From SAR324 cluster bacterium (GTDB lineage Bacteria; SAR324; NAC60-12), in NCBI GenBank assembly GCA_029245725.1, contig JAQWOT010000186.1, forward strand, positions 15,679-79,678: a DNA stretch of 64,000 nt. Direction: 5' to 3'. The translations under genes were made by a program, and so were the position numbers. Under the pieces are notes generated by a model. That model made no database searches. It worked only from the letters and a program-made list of their open reading frames with translations, and was not told where the DNA came from. How positions within the stretch are numbered: the stretch's first letter is position 1; each line of letters begins with the position of its first letter. Below, one piece after another: positions 48,784 through 58,714 of this stretch.

Positions 48784-50162
48784 ACATCAGTCACTGAGGT
48801 TCTAAGTTTGCCGGACTCCCGCCACTGCTGCAGCGCTCTCATGGCTCGTTCAGCCAGCCAGGCTTTACGCTGGGGCTTGGGTATACGTTGCTGAGGGGGT
48901 TCCAGTAGACCAAAATTAGCGTTCATTGGTTGGAAGTGCTTGGGATCAGTAGTGGTCAGGTAACGAATCAGGCCTCCCATCATCGTAATGCTGGGCAACT
49001 CTGGGAGTGAGTCTCTCTGGAGTTCGTGGTGGAGGAAATAGGCGGCAGCCAATCCCATCGAAGTTGATTCTGTGTAACCCTCCACTCCAGTCAACTGACC
49101 AGCAAAGAACAGCCTAGGCTCTTGCTGCAACTGCAGTCGGCTGGTCAGCAATTTTGGACTGTTCAGGAAAGTGTTGCGATGAATGGAACCCAAGCGGACA
49201 AATTCAGCTTCTTCCAATCCTGGAATCGTTCGAAAAATTTGTTGTTGTGCGGTCCAGGTCATTTTTGTTTGGAAGCCAACCAGATTGTAGAGCGTACCCA
49301 GCGTATTTTCCTGGCGTAACTGAACAATGGCATGAAACTGTTCCCCAGTTTCTGGATGGGGTAGTCCTACCGGCTTCATTGGGCCAAATCGCAGGGTGTC
49401 GAGCCCTCGCTCTGCCATTACTTCAATTGGTAGGCAGCCTTCGAAGGGTCGCACATCCTCAAACTGGTGCATCGGCACCTTGTCAGCTATCAGGATGGCT
49501 GCCACAAAATCCTCGTACTGCTGCTGAGAGAAGGGACAGTTGAGATAATCAGCCTCTCCCTTGTCATAGCGAGACGCCCGAAAAGCTACTTGGGAGTTGA
49601 TGGACTCAGCTGTCACTACCGGAGCAATTGCGTCATAGAAGGAGAGATGCCCGATCCCGATCAACTGCTGTAGTGATTCACTCAGTGCATCGGAGGTCAG
49701 CGGGCCGGTAGCTACAAGGACCGCAGCATAGTGATCCAACAGCTTGCCAAGATCTTCAACTTCCTCTCGTAACAGGTGGATGTTTGGGTGATGTGACAGC
49801 TGCTGGGTGATCGAGGCAGAGAAAGGTTGACGGTCAATCGCCAGAGCCTGTCCAGCTGGCACAGCAAAGCGTTCTGCGGTCTGCAGGATGAGGGAACCAA
49901 ACTGATTCAGTTCCGCTTTGAGTAGTCCATGGGCATTCTCCAGCGAGTGACTCTTGAAGGAATTGCTACAGACCAGTTCGGCACAGTCGCTGGTCTTGTG
50001 GGCTGGAGTTGGACGTTGTGGTCGCATTTCATAAAGGTCTACCTGCCGACCGAGTTGTGCCAGTTGCCAGGCAGCTTCAGATCCAGCTAGTCCACTGCCG
50101 ACAATTGCGACTTCACCACGTTCAGGCATCCGCCACTTCCACAATCTCGAAGCGTAGAACAC
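48780..50162 (-). CDS. trmFO: Methylenetetrahydrofolate--tRNA-(uracil54-C5)-methyltransferase TrmFO
   Basis: FAD-binding fold VAIVGSGLAGSEAA and the FQPMNANFGL signature. The likely start is at 50129. Confidence 0.85.
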   Translation of the reverse strand: MFYASRLWKWRMPERGEVAIVGSGLAGSEAAWQLAQLGRQVDLYEMRPQRPTPAHKTSDCAELVCSNSFKSHSLENAHGLLKAELNQFGSLILQTAERFAVPAGQALAIDRQPFSASITQQLSHHPNIHLLREEVEDLGKLLDHYAAVLVATGPLTSDALSESLQQLIGIGHLSFYDAIAPVVTAESINSQVAFRASRYDKGEADYLNCPFSQQQYEDFVAAILIADKVPMHQFEDVRPFEGCLPIEVMAERGLDTLRFGPMKPVGLPHPETGEQFHAIVQLRQENTLGTLYNLVGFQTKMTWTAQQQIFRTIPGLEEAEFVRLGSIHRNTFLNSPKLLTSRLQLQQEPRLFFAGQLTGVEGYTESTSMGLAAAYFLHHELQRDSLPELPSITMMGGLIRYLTTTDPKHFQPMNANFGLLEPPQQRIPKPQRKAWLAERAMRALQQWRESGKLRTSVTDV

Positions 50163-50829
50163 TGATACCTTCGACGGCAGCTTCTACTTGATCTCCGATC
50201 TCCAGAGGCCCTACTCCGGAGGGGGTACCTGTGAAGATCAAATCGCCCGCCTGCAGATGGAAGGACTGAGAGAGTGCACTGATGATTTCTGGAACATTCC
50301 AGATCAGCTGGTTCAGGTTTCCTTGCTGCCGCATTTCACCGTTGACACTGAGCCAGATCGCTCCCCGGCTGGGGTGCCCTATTTGTCTGGCTTCGTGTAA
50401 TTCAGAGCAAGGCGCGGAGTCGTCGAAGGCTTTGCTGGCATCCCAGGGCTGTCCCTTGGCCTTGGCGACTTCCTGCAGATCACGTCGAGTCAGATCGACC
50501 CCCACTGCATAGCCATAGATGTGGTCCTGGGCCTGCTCGATTGGAATGTTGGTGCCTCCCTTGTCCAGGGCGACAACCAACTCTACCTCGTGATGAAAAT
50601 TCTCTGTTGCCAGTGGGTAGGAAATCTGGTCCCCATTGTGTCGTAAGCTGGAAGAGGGCTTGGTGAAAAAAATGGGTTTGCCAGCTGGGTCGTTGCCCAT
50701 TTCTCTTACATGCTCTGCGTAGTTGCGGCCGATGCAGAAAATGCGGTGAACTGGAAATCGCTCGGCTCGTCCAGCGATGGGTAGCATTGGCAGTTCCCAA
50801 AGTGGAAAAATCGTTGGTGGTGTGTCCAT
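50122..50829 (-). CDS. Fumarylacetoacetate-hydrolase (FAH) family protein
   Basis: IGRNYAEH metal-binding motif. 235 aa. Confidence 0.8.
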   Translation of the reverse strand: MDTPPTIFPLWELPMLPIAGRAERFPVHRIFCIGRNYAEHVREMGNDPAGKPIFFTKPSSSLRHNGDQISYPLATENFHHEVELVVALDKGGTNIPIEQAQDHIYGYAVGVDLTRRDLQEVAKAKGQPWDASKAFDDSAPCSELHEARQIGHPSRGAIWLSVNGEMRQQGNLNQLIWNVPEIISALSQSFHLQAGDLIFTGTPSGVGPLEIGDQVEAAVEGISVLRFEIVEVADA

Positions 50830-50873
50830 GAAAAATCCTTCAACAGCAACAAGACAGATGGTGAGAAGTGGCC

Positions 50874-51755
50874 TCAGGCGCTTCGTGTAAACTGGTAGAT
50901 TTCCTGACCCTGATCGTCGAAGTAGCGTACCGTGGCTTGGGTCGATGTCAGATGCATCCAGGCATAGCCATGACCAAGATGGAGAAAGATCTGGTGGGGG
51001 TTGGGTTTCTTAGCAGTGTGATTGAGTGGGCTTCCACCACCACCGGCAACTACCTGGTCAATCTCACCGATCTTGAGGTGTTCCAGCATGTGGTTGTGTC
51101 CAGATAGAAAGAACTGGGGTCCAGAACGCTCAATTAATAAGCGTTCAAGCCAGGTCACACCTCGATGTCTTCCACCCGTGGCCAACGGACGATGCCCACA
51201 AACCAGGCGCCAAGGTCGCTCTTTGCGTTTGAACAGTGTCCAGAGCGCACACAGTGTACAGGAGGTGTTGATGCATTGAATGTAAGCAGGACCAGCCACC
51301 AGTGAATAATTGACATTCGGCATGCGCCAGCGTTCGTTGCGTTCAGTATAGGCTACCTGAGGTCGCCACTTGCCCTGCAGATCATGGTTGCCAAGGATCG
51401 GATAGAAAGGCACCTGTTGGGGATACATCTCCTCGAATTTGCTGATCCATTGTGGATCATCAACGCTGGAGACACCATGCTGAATGAAGTTGTCTCCCAG
51501 CATCAGTACCAGATCACAGCCCAACTTGTCACAGGTGCGAGCACTGGCAGTGGCCACATCTTGCTGATGCTCATCACCTGAGCCAGTATCTCCGAGTAGC
51601 AGGATGCGAATTTCCTCTGCCTCAGGCTGTACGTCCCAATGCCCATCCTGATTGGGATTGGGGTTGAAACAGGCTTTCTTTTCAAGCAGTGGGGCCGTGA
51701 AATTCCAGGTCAGAGCCCCGGCAAGGGCTCCTGCGAAAAAGGTCAGTGCGGACAT
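50874..51755 (-). CDS. Secreted calcineurin-like metallophosphoesterase
   Basis: Signal peptide plus the phosphoesterase motifs LLGDTGSG and GNHD. Confidence 0.7.
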   Translation of the reverse strand: MSALTFFAGALAGALTWNFTAPLLEKKACFNPNPNQDGHWDVQPEAEEIRILLLGDTGSGDEHQQDVATASARTCDKLGCDLVLMLGDNFIQHGVSSVDDPQWISKFEEMYPQQVPFYPILGNHDLQGKWRPQVAYTERNERWRMPNVNYSLVAGPAYIQCINTSCTLCALWTLFKRKERPWRLVCGHRPLATGGRHRGVTWLERLLIERSGPQFFLSGHNHMLEHLKIGEIDQVVAGGGGSPLNHTAKKPNPHQIFLHLGHGYAWMHLTSTQATVRYFDDQGQEIYQFTRSA

Positions 51756-51762
51756 GCAACAC

Positions 51763-52185
51763 TCAGTTGGAGGCCGTTAGTGGCCGGGCGCGAAATTCGT
51801 AGCGCAGGCGAACCTGCTGGTCACTGGAGTTGCCCCACATCAGGCAGTAGATCCGGGACTCCTTGGCTTCAAATGAGCCTTTCAGTGTGGTAATGGTTTG
51901 CTGTTCCGGGTAGAAGTCCTCTTTGCCAACATGGTAATGTACATTAAATACCAGTGGCTCCGAGGCTTCGAAAGTATAGTCCAGAAATTGACGAGCCTGC
52001 AATTGCACACATTTTTCGTAGGCATTGTTGGGTTGTAGGTTGATCGCAATCGATTCTTCCCCAGTCTCGCTCAAATTATGAGGAACCGCTACTCCTGGAT
52101 TCTGGCTCTCATACCAGATGACAAAGAAGTAGAGGAAGGTACTGGTGGTGACAAAAATGATCAGATAGCGCTTGAATACGTCCAT
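51763..52185 (-). CDS. Membrane-anchored hypothetical protein
   Basis: N-terminal transmembrane helix. 140-aa ORF. Confidence 0.35.
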   Translation of the reverse strand: MDVFKRYLIIFVTTSTFLYFFVIWYESQNPGVAVPHNLSETGEESIAINLQPNNAYEKCVQLQARQFLDYTFEASEPLVFNVHYHVGKEDFYPEQQTITTLKGSFEAKESRIYCLMWGNSSDQQVRLRYEFRARPLTASN

Positions 52186-52253
52186 TGAGGTCCTGCCAAG
52201 AGCAAGCCGGCGGTATCCGGCTGGAAAAGTTCATAGAATCTGAAGTGAGGTGT

Positions 52254-52973
52254 TCAGACAGTAGGGCTGACTGGTGGAGGCAGCAACTGATCGAGAAAGG
52301 TCGTCTCCAGGTTGTCCGACAACCATGTGGCATTGCGACGATTTTCTTCGATCCTATAGGGGAGCAGGCCCAGCACGCGCAGGTCAAGTCGTTCTTCAAG
52401 CATCATCCATTGATACTGGAGCAGATCAGCGTTTAATTCGTTGGTTGTGTTGTTGAGAAGCAACTGACAGGAGATCCCAGCCTGCTGAAGTAGGGTGACT
52501 GCTTGTAGCGTTTGCTCCAGGCTCTCACGCCCGATTCCACTAACCCAGAGAATTCTGGCCTGCCATTGTTGCAGCAACTCCAGTCCGCTGTGCTTGGTGG
52601 TCCAGAGGCCCAACAATTCAGCAAGGCTCTCCATCAACACTGCATCAGAGCGTCTTCGTAACAACTCCAAACGCTGACTCAGTACTTTCTCGTCGACTTT
52701 TACACCGTCCCGTTGTGCTGCTAATAGTGGAGGCAAGTCTTCATTGAGCAAGTAGGGATTCAGCAGGTTGATGTGCTCCGACATGTTGGTGGCTCGGTGC
52801 AGGCGTTCCCCATCGCTATCGCTGTCCTGAATCTGATACCTGATACCATTGACATCCAGTGGTTTCCAAGCGATCACTCTTCCAAGATGTTGCTGCAGTA
52901 GGGAGACCAGGGCCACCGCCACAGAAGTCTTGCCAACCCCTCTAGCACCAGCTACGCAGAGCAGTGGGGTCAT
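52254..52973 (-). CDS. Dethiobiotin-synthetase-like P-loop ATPase
   Basis: GARGVGKTS P-loop, the WKP motif and an NPY motif, which parallel BioD's GTDTEVGKT, YKP and NPY. No other bio genes are adjacent. Confidence 0.5.
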   Translation of the reverse strand: MTPLLCVAGARGVGKTSVAVALVSLLQQHLGRVIAWKPLDVNGIRYQIQDSDSDGERLHRATNMSEHINLLNPYLLNEDLPPLLAAQRDGVKVDEKVLSQRLELLRRRSDAVLMESLAELLGLWTTKHSGLELLQQWQARILWVSGIGRESLEQTLQAVTLLQQAGISCQLLLNNTTNELNADLLQYQWMMLEERLDLRVLGLLPYRIEENRRNATWLSDNLETTFLDQLLPPPVSPTV

Positions 52974-53377
52974 TTCTCTTCGGCACCAATGAAGACGAGT
53001 TCTTCCCGCAGTGAGTCCAACTTGCCAGACTCCTGTGATTTCAGTTCACCCATGATGTCTTGAACTGTTAGGTAGCGATCCCGCAGCACCACACGTCGGC
53101 TTTCCTTGCGAGCTTGTTGACGCTTCGCTTGTTCCAGATATTCAAAGGCGTTGATCGTCTTCCCTTCACGCTGTACCGTGATGGCGCGCACTTCCTCTTC
53201 GGGGAACTGTGCGTCGCGTGCCGCCTTGAGCAGGGTCTCCAGCTCGTTGAGGAAACGTTGCTCGATGCGGGCTGCCTCAGCTTCTTCCTCTGTCATGTTT
53301 TGAGCCTGTAGGGACGGAAGAGCAACGAAGCAACTCAGCAGTAATAATGCGGCGACAAACCAATTTCCACACTTCAT
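52970..53377 (-). CDS. Secreted hypothetical protein
   Basis: Signal peptide MKCGNWFVAALLLLSCFVALPSLQA. The start was chosen at 53377 to avoid overlap with the divergent gene. Confidence 0.35.
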   Translation of the reverse strand: MKCGNWFVAALLLLSCFVALPSLQAQNMTEEEAEAARIEQRFLNELETLLKAARDAQFPEEEVRAITVQREGKTINAFEYLEQAKRQQARKESRRVVLRDRYLTVQDIMGELKSQESGKLDSLREELVFIGAEEK

Positions 53378-53486
53378 CGTGCCTCCTTCAAGTATGGATT
53401 GTGCATGAGCAAGTGAACCTATCGTAATGAACCTATCGGCGAAAATGCCAGTGAATTTCCCAGACCATGCAAGGGATACGCAAGTC

Positions 53487-54170
53487 ATGCCCGCAACCTC
53501 ATTCCCACGTTTTTTGTTCCGCTGGATCATCTTCCCGATGATGATGCTCAGTGGCTGTAGTTCTCCCGAAACCCCGACCCCTCGCTCGGCTTTGAATTAT
53601 TTCCGTGATGGCAACACTGCTTACCAAAAGCGGGACTATCCAACAGCCATCTGGAACTACCGTCAGGCCATTGTGCTGGATGATGAGACACCAAGCTTCT
53701 ATTACAATTTAGGATTAGCCTATTTCCAATCAGGAGACTACGAACGAGCTCTGGATTCTTTTGAGAATGTACTGGAGATCGAGCCTGATCAACCAGACGC
53801 TCATTACAATACGGCACTGGTCTATTACCGAATGCGCAACAGTGACAAAGCCAATCGTCACTATAATCGCTACCAGATCCTAATCCAGCAGCAGTCTCCT
53901 AAAGATCCAAAACCAGTTGCCAAGACAGAGGCGCCAACTCCATCTGCACCTCAACGACCAGTCTCAGCAGCTGGGAGGCCGGCAGCTATGGTAGCTGCTG
54001 GAGCGACACCTCCACCTGGTATGATTCAGCAAGTCAAACAGCAGCTCCAGCAACAACTTAACGCTAATCCAGGAGCACAGACTGGCCAGCCTGCTCGACA
54101 AATGAATACTTCGATCCGACGTCCAATACCGAGTGGTCCAGCCAAGACCTCCATACCAGGTTGGGATTGA
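53487..54170 (+). CDS. TPR-repeat lipoprotein with a Pro/Gln-rich tail
   Basis: Lipobox FPMMMLSGC, three to four TPR units (YNLGLAYFQSGDYERALDSF...), and a C-terminus rich in P/Q/A. Confidence 0.5.
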   Translation: MPATSFPRFLFRWIIFPMMMLSGCSSPETPTPRSALNYFRDGNTAYQKRDYPTAIWNYRQAIVLDDETPSFYYNLGLAYFQSGDYERALDSFENVLEIEPDQPDAHYNTALVYYRMRNSDKANRHYNRYQILIQQQSPKDPKPVAKTEAPTPSAPQRPVSAAGRPAAMVAAGATPPPGMIQQVKQQLQQQLNANPGAQTGQPARQMNTSIRRPIPSGPAKTSIPGWD

Positions 54171-54251
54171 ATAATGGCCTCAGGGCAACGCTCCATTCCT
54201 ACTGTTCATCTATCCCAGACCTAAACGTCTGCGCTTCTTCTGGAATCAAAG

Positions 54252-54956
54252 ATGCTGCGTCGACCAGCCCAACCAGGTGCAATCTTCCAACAGCAGCAGG
54301 ATCGCCAGCTACCTGCAGCAACCTCTCAACTGCTCCAACTCTGTCAATTGCTCTATCAGCACGGCTTCTTCTTCGAAGACTGCCAGCTCGCAGAGTTAGA
54401 ACGCTGTGAACAAGTCCTGCAGCGCTTTTTTGGTCTGAATCTTTCCTGGTGGCCACAGTTGGCGCCCCGACCGCGACTGCAGCAGTTTCTTGATTTTGCA
54501 ACACGTTCCCGATGGGATGCCCAGACGGCCCAACAACAACTGCAGCGCAAGATTCGTCGCGTTTTTCAGCAGCTGAATCAGAATGCTCCTCAACCACAGA
54601 CGCTGCGCCGCAACCTGATTCAGAGTAGCCAGGGTCGTCCAACTCCACTCCTCATTGATTTTCTGACTTTCCTTGAGAGCTATCACCGCCTTGTCCTGCA
54701 GGGAGATACGCAGTCGATTGTCGATGAGGAAGAAGAAATCCCTGACCGCCAATACAGTGTCCGCGATATCCTCAAGCTGCGGCGGCAGATGGAAGAGCGG
54801 CTGGAACAACGCGCCTTCGTCAAGTCAATTGTCTCCCAGATCAGTCGCCAGCAAGGTCTGCGTGAGGGAGATTTCCTCAACCCAACTACCCGCCGTCAGC
54901 TCTTCCGAGAGAATCCTAACCAGCCCAAGGAAGATCCTGATCGCCTCATTGATTGA
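54252..54956 (+). CDS. Gln-rich hypothetical protein
   Basis: 234-aa ORF with no recognisable domain. Confidence 0.35.
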   Translation: MLRRPAQPGAIFQQQQDRQLPAATSQLLQLCQLLYQHGFFFEDCQLAELERCEQVLQRFFGLNLSWWPQLAPRPRLQQFLDFATRSRWDAQTAQQQLQRKIRRVFQQLNQNAPQPQTLRRNLIQSSQGRPTPLLIDFLTFLESYHRLVLQGDTQSIVDEEEEIPDRQYSVRDILKLRRQMEERLEQRAFVKSIVSQISRQQGLREGDFLNPTTRRQLFRENPNQPKEDPDRLID

Positions 54957-55103
54957 CCAGTCATTGAGCAATTTGCTCACCTAGTGAAAAAATTTTCTTG
55001 ACAGCTTGTTAGCACTCTATTAAGTTGAGTGCTAACAAACAACGGAGCACATCAAAATGGTTTGAATGCTCCTCGAAATGTTTCCTCTTTTCAGGAGAGC
55101 AGC

Positions 55104-55535
55104 ATGTACCCTGTCACCGTTCGCAACAGCACTGTTCCATTCCGCAACCTCATGGAAGAATTCTTTGGTGAGTCCGCTTGGCCAGAAGTTTTTGGAGAAA
55201 CAGCCACACGACGTTTCTCACCTGCACTGGATCTGCAGGAAGATGAGACCACCTACCAACTTCAGGTCGAGCTGCCGGGGTTGAACAAGGAAGACGTGAA
55301 GATTTCCTTGAATGGGCGAGTGCTAACGATTCAGGGAGAGAAGAAGAGTTCTCATGAAGAGAACCGAGAAGGTGTGTTGCGTGTAGAGCGCAATTACGGC
55401 AATTTTCAGCGCCAGATTCAGTTGCCACAGGCAGTGGCCATGGAAGGTAGTCATGCCGAGATGAAGGATGGAGTGCTGCACCTGCGTCTGCCCAAGCAGC
55501 AGCAGGCCGAGATGCGCCAAATCCCGATCAACTGA
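55104..55535 (+). CDS. Hsp20/alpha-crystallin family small heat-shock protein
   Basis: Alpha-crystallin domain region ...YQLQVELPGLNKEDVKISLNGRVLTIQGEK... with start at MYPVTVRN. Confidence 0.85.
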   Translation: MYPVTVRNSTVPFRNLMEEFFGESAWPEVFGETATRRFSPALDLQEDETTYQLQVELPGLNKEDVKISLNGRVLTIQGEKKSSHEENREGVLRVERNYGNFQRQIQLPQAVAMEGSHAEMKDGVLHLRLPKQQQAEMRQIPIN

Positions 55536-55616
55536 GTCGGTGCCACGGTGGGCTGATGAATGAAGCATCGGCCCCACTTGGGGGTCAGTGTAGGGCTGGC
55601 CCCCTCTGCTTACAGC

Positions 55617-55997
55617 TTATTTTTTTGGCTTACCAAGATTGCGAATCTTATCTCGCACGTCACTCAGCAAGTCCAGCATGGTTGCCGAGGGAATCCCATC
55701 GGGCCAATCCATAAAATGCAAAAAGTATTTTTGCAAAATATCCTTCCGCAGACCACGTTCTCGCCAGATCGCATGAATTCCACTAACATCTGGAGAGAGA
55801 GGTCGTTCGTCCAAGTCCTTTCCCTGTAGAAACTTGAGAACGCTGTCGGGGTAATCAAGAATCATATTGCGTGAGGTTTCTTCGGTGATTGGACCCTTGC
55901 CAAAGACGATATCGTTCTCATCGGGTAGGCTATTGATCCGATACCCTTCTGGCTCTGGCATGCTTTCACGCATCTCTGGTGTCAATGTGTCTGCCAT
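55617..55997 (-). CDS. Hypothetical protein (126 aa)
   Basis: ORF only. Confidence 0.35.
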   Translation of the reverse strand: MADTLTPEMRESMPEPEGYRINSLPDENDIVFGKGPITEETSRNMILDYPDSVLKFLQGKDLDERPLSPDVSGIHAIWRERGLRKDILQKYFLHFMDWPDGIPSATMLDLLSDVRDKIRNLGKPKK

Positions 55998-56237
55998 TCT
56001 GAATCTCCTGGAATCATAAGTATTCGACCGCAGATCAAATAGCGGCTCAAGATCACAAGTGTAACGAGGGAAAGAATCGGTCGCAAGTGACTGTGTGCAG
56101 TAGTTTTGAACGCATTCGACTTCCTACTTGATCCCTGGTATGCCGCCTTCTAAGATGCAGCGAAGATACGCAATCGCTCTGCCATTCATCCTGGTACCAA
56201 GCTTCAAATCTAGCATTTCTCTCGGAAAAGCCACTGG

Positions 56238-57104
56238 ATGCACTATTTTCTTGGATGTCCGGAGTGGTCACGCCCTGAATGGAAGGGCAGCCTGCTTCCA
56301 ACACGAACCCGACCTGCAGATTTTCTATTGGGCTACGCTCGGGTCTTCAACACGGTGGAGGGCAACACCACCTTCTACGCATTGCCTCGCCCAGATGTCG
56401 TTGAGCGTTGGAAAGAGTCAACCCCACCCGACTTCCGCTTCTGCTTCAAGTTTCCCCGTAGCATCAGTCACGACCGCAAATTGGAAAATACAACCGAATT
56501 GACAAGGGAATTCTTCCAGCGGATTGCTCCCCTGGAGGAACGAATTGGCCCGATTCAACTGCAACTTTCTGCAGATTTTGGCCGCAACCGTTGGCCACAG
56601 CTTCAACAATTCCTGCTCCAATTGCCTTCAGACTTTCGCTACGCTGTGGAGGTGCGCAACCTAGCTTACTTCGATGAGCTGGAAACAGAGCAAGAGTTGG
56701 ATACGTTTTTGCGCCAACACCGGATGGCTCGGGTGCTCTTTGACACCCACAAGCTGATGGCTTCTCAGCAAAACGACTCCGCTACTATCGAGGCAAAGCG
56801 CCGCAAGCCCAAGGTGCCCGTGCGCTTCACAGCAACGAATGAGCTGCCGCTGCTGCGCTTTGTCGGGGATCCCCAAAATGATGTCAATTATCCAGTTTTA
56901 CGGGATTGGGCCCAGAGAGTAGCCAATTGGATGCGCCAAGGTTTCACCCCCTTCATTTTTCTGCACACCCCAGATGACATACTTGCTCCTCAACTTGCGC
57001 GAGATTTCCATGGCTTTCTGCAGGAACAGCTTCCGGAGTTACCGCCTCTACCCGATTTTGCTGGGGAAGTCCTTCAACCTGGTGAGCAACTGAGCTTGTT
57101 CTGA
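56238..57104 (+). CDS. DUF72 (YecE-like) family protein
   Basis: Strong similarity pattern to E. coli YecE: VEGNTTFYALPRPDVVERWKESTPPDFRFCFKFPRSISH and a C-terminal FIFLHTPD. Confidence 0.7.
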   Translation: MHYFLGCPEWSRPEWKGSLLPTRTRPADFLLGYARVFNTVEGNTTFYALPRPDVVERWKESTPPDFRFCFKFPRSISHDRKLENTTELTREFFQRIAPLEERIGPIQLQLSADFGRNRWPQLQQFLLQLPSDFRYAVEVRNLAYFDELETEQELDTFLRQHRMARVLFDTHKLMASQQNDSATIEAKRRKPKVPVRFTATNELPLLRFVGDPQNDVNYPVLRDWAQRVANWMRQGFTPFIFLHTPDDILAPQLARDFHGFLQEQLPELPPLPDFAGEVLQPGEQLSLF

Positions 57105-57118
57105 GGAGACAATGCCCA

Positions 57119-57799
57119 TCAGTTTGGCAACGGCAGCACCGGGGCCACCAAGTGTCCAGACTTCAAATAGAGCAGGGCCCCGTTTGGACCAATCTTTGGA
57201 GAGTGGCTGGAACCGGGAGGGCTGCGTAGCCAGCTCCCCTTGGAGTATTTGCCGTGCTCATCGGAGAAGACGCCCTCCAGCACAAAAATCTCTTCTCCAC
57301 CTGGATGAGAGTGAATCTGTACTTGTAGGTCTGGCTCCAGGCGCATCAGCACGGTTCGGACGCCTTGAAACTCATGAAGAAGCTGAATTTGGATGCCTTC
57401 CTGACGTCCAGGGCCCCAGCTGCCCTGTTCGGTGTGTTGACAGACGGTTTGTGTGTCACCGGGGTTGAACTGCCAGAGCTTGACGAAGATGATGCAGCCC
57501 GGTTCCGAAAAAGGAGTGTGAGTGGTACCAGGTGGATTTCGCAGGTAGCTTCCTGGTGGATAGTGCCCATGCTCATCGGAGAAGACGCCCTCCAGCACAA
57601 AAATCTCTTCACCACCTCCGTGCGTGTGGGCTGTGAAGTAACTACCGGAAGCATAACGCACAATGCTCGTGGCTCGCGCAACTTCTTCTCCCTGGCGGTC
57701 CAGTTGGTGTCGCTCCACGCCAGCGGCCGGTGAAGGCGACCAGGGCATTTGTTCGGTGTGCAAGATCACTCGCTGTGAAAAATCAGTGTGCAGTTCCAT
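57119..57799 (-). CDS. ChrR-like tandem-cupin protein
   Basis: Two repeats of H(T/S)H(G/P)GGEEIFVLEGVFSDEHG and an N-terminal MPWSPSP segment. Confidence 0.55.
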   Translation of the reverse strand: MELHTDFSQRVILHTEQMPWSPSPAAGVERHQLDRQGEEVARATSIVRYASGSYFTAHTHGGGEEIFVLEGVFSDEHGHYPPGSYLRNPPGTTHTPFSEPGCIIFVKLWQFNPGDTQTVCQHTEQGSWGPGRQEGIQIQLLHEFQGVRTVLMRLEPDLQVQIHSHPGGEEIFVLEGVFSDEHGKYSKGSWLRSPPGSSHSPKIGPNGALLYLKSGHLVAPVLPLPN

Positions 57800-57820
57800 A
57801 TTTTTCGTTCTCACTAAAAA

Positions 57821-58510
57821 GTGCAGGTCTCCTTGAGCTTTACGCCTCAATTGTTGTTTGAAGACAACCATCTGCTGGTCATTGAAAAACCGATAAACCT
57901 ACTCTCTCAGGCAGATCACAGAGGCAGTCCAGACCTGTTGAGTCTGCTCAAGGACTGGATCAAGCAACGTGACCAGAAACCTGGCCAGATTTTTTTGGGA
58001 CTGGTGCAGCGCTTGGATCGCCCTGTGGGTGGAGTGATGGTCTTTGCCAAGACCTCCAAGGCAGCTTCCCGATTGGCAGATCAGGTTCGTCAACGGACTT
58101 TACAGAAAACCTACCTGGCTGTGGTGGCCGGTGTGGTCGATCCCCCTGAGGGAACACTCACTGATTGGCTGCAGAAGGATCATCACAGCAACACCGTTCG
58201 GGTCGTTGAATCTGGAGCCTCCCAGGCCAAGCAAGCGATTCTCCACTATGAGCGGACTGCTGTTCGTGCAAACAAGAGCCTGCTACGCGTTCAATTAGAA
58301 ACCGGACGCTCTCACCAGATTCGGGTGCAACTGGCACATTGTGGACATCCCCTCCTGGGCGATCACAAGTATGGTCAAGCTCGCAATTTATTGGGGCCTG
58401 CGCTCTGGTCACATCAACTACAACTCCAGCACCCGACTCTTCGTGAAACTCTACACTTCACCAGCCCTCCGCCACAGACCAAGCCTTGGCAGGATTTTGA
58501 ATTAGTTTAG
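57821..58510 (+). CDS. RluA-family pseudouridine synthase (catalytic domain only)
   Basis: N-terminal LFEDNHLLVIEKP and the catalytic HRLDRPVGGVMVFAKT (Asp) motif. Confidence 0.75.
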   Translation: MQVSLSFTPQLLFEDNHLLVIEKPINLLSQADHRGSPDLLSLLKDWIKQRDQKPGQIFLGLVQRLDRPVGGVMVFAKTSKAASRLADQVRQRTLQKTYLAVVAGVVDPPEGTLTDWLQKDHHSNTVRVVESGASQAKQAILHYERTAVRANKSLLRVQLETGRSHQIRVQLAHCGHPLLGDHKYGQARNLLGPALWSHQLQLQHPTLRETLHFTSPPPQTKPWQDFELV

Positions 58511-58714
58511 CGCATTCTCTCTGGTCAGCAATACGTAGGATTATTCCCACGCATCATTGGAGTGGTGTGAAGCAGGATAGCTCAACTGTTGATATCGATA
58601 GAACAGATGTTGTAACTTGATGGATGGTAAATTCTTCTTCGATTTGTGCAGCAGAAAATTTTGTGCTGCATGAGTAACCATGCGGATGGTATGGACACAA
58701 ATAGAAAAAGAGAA

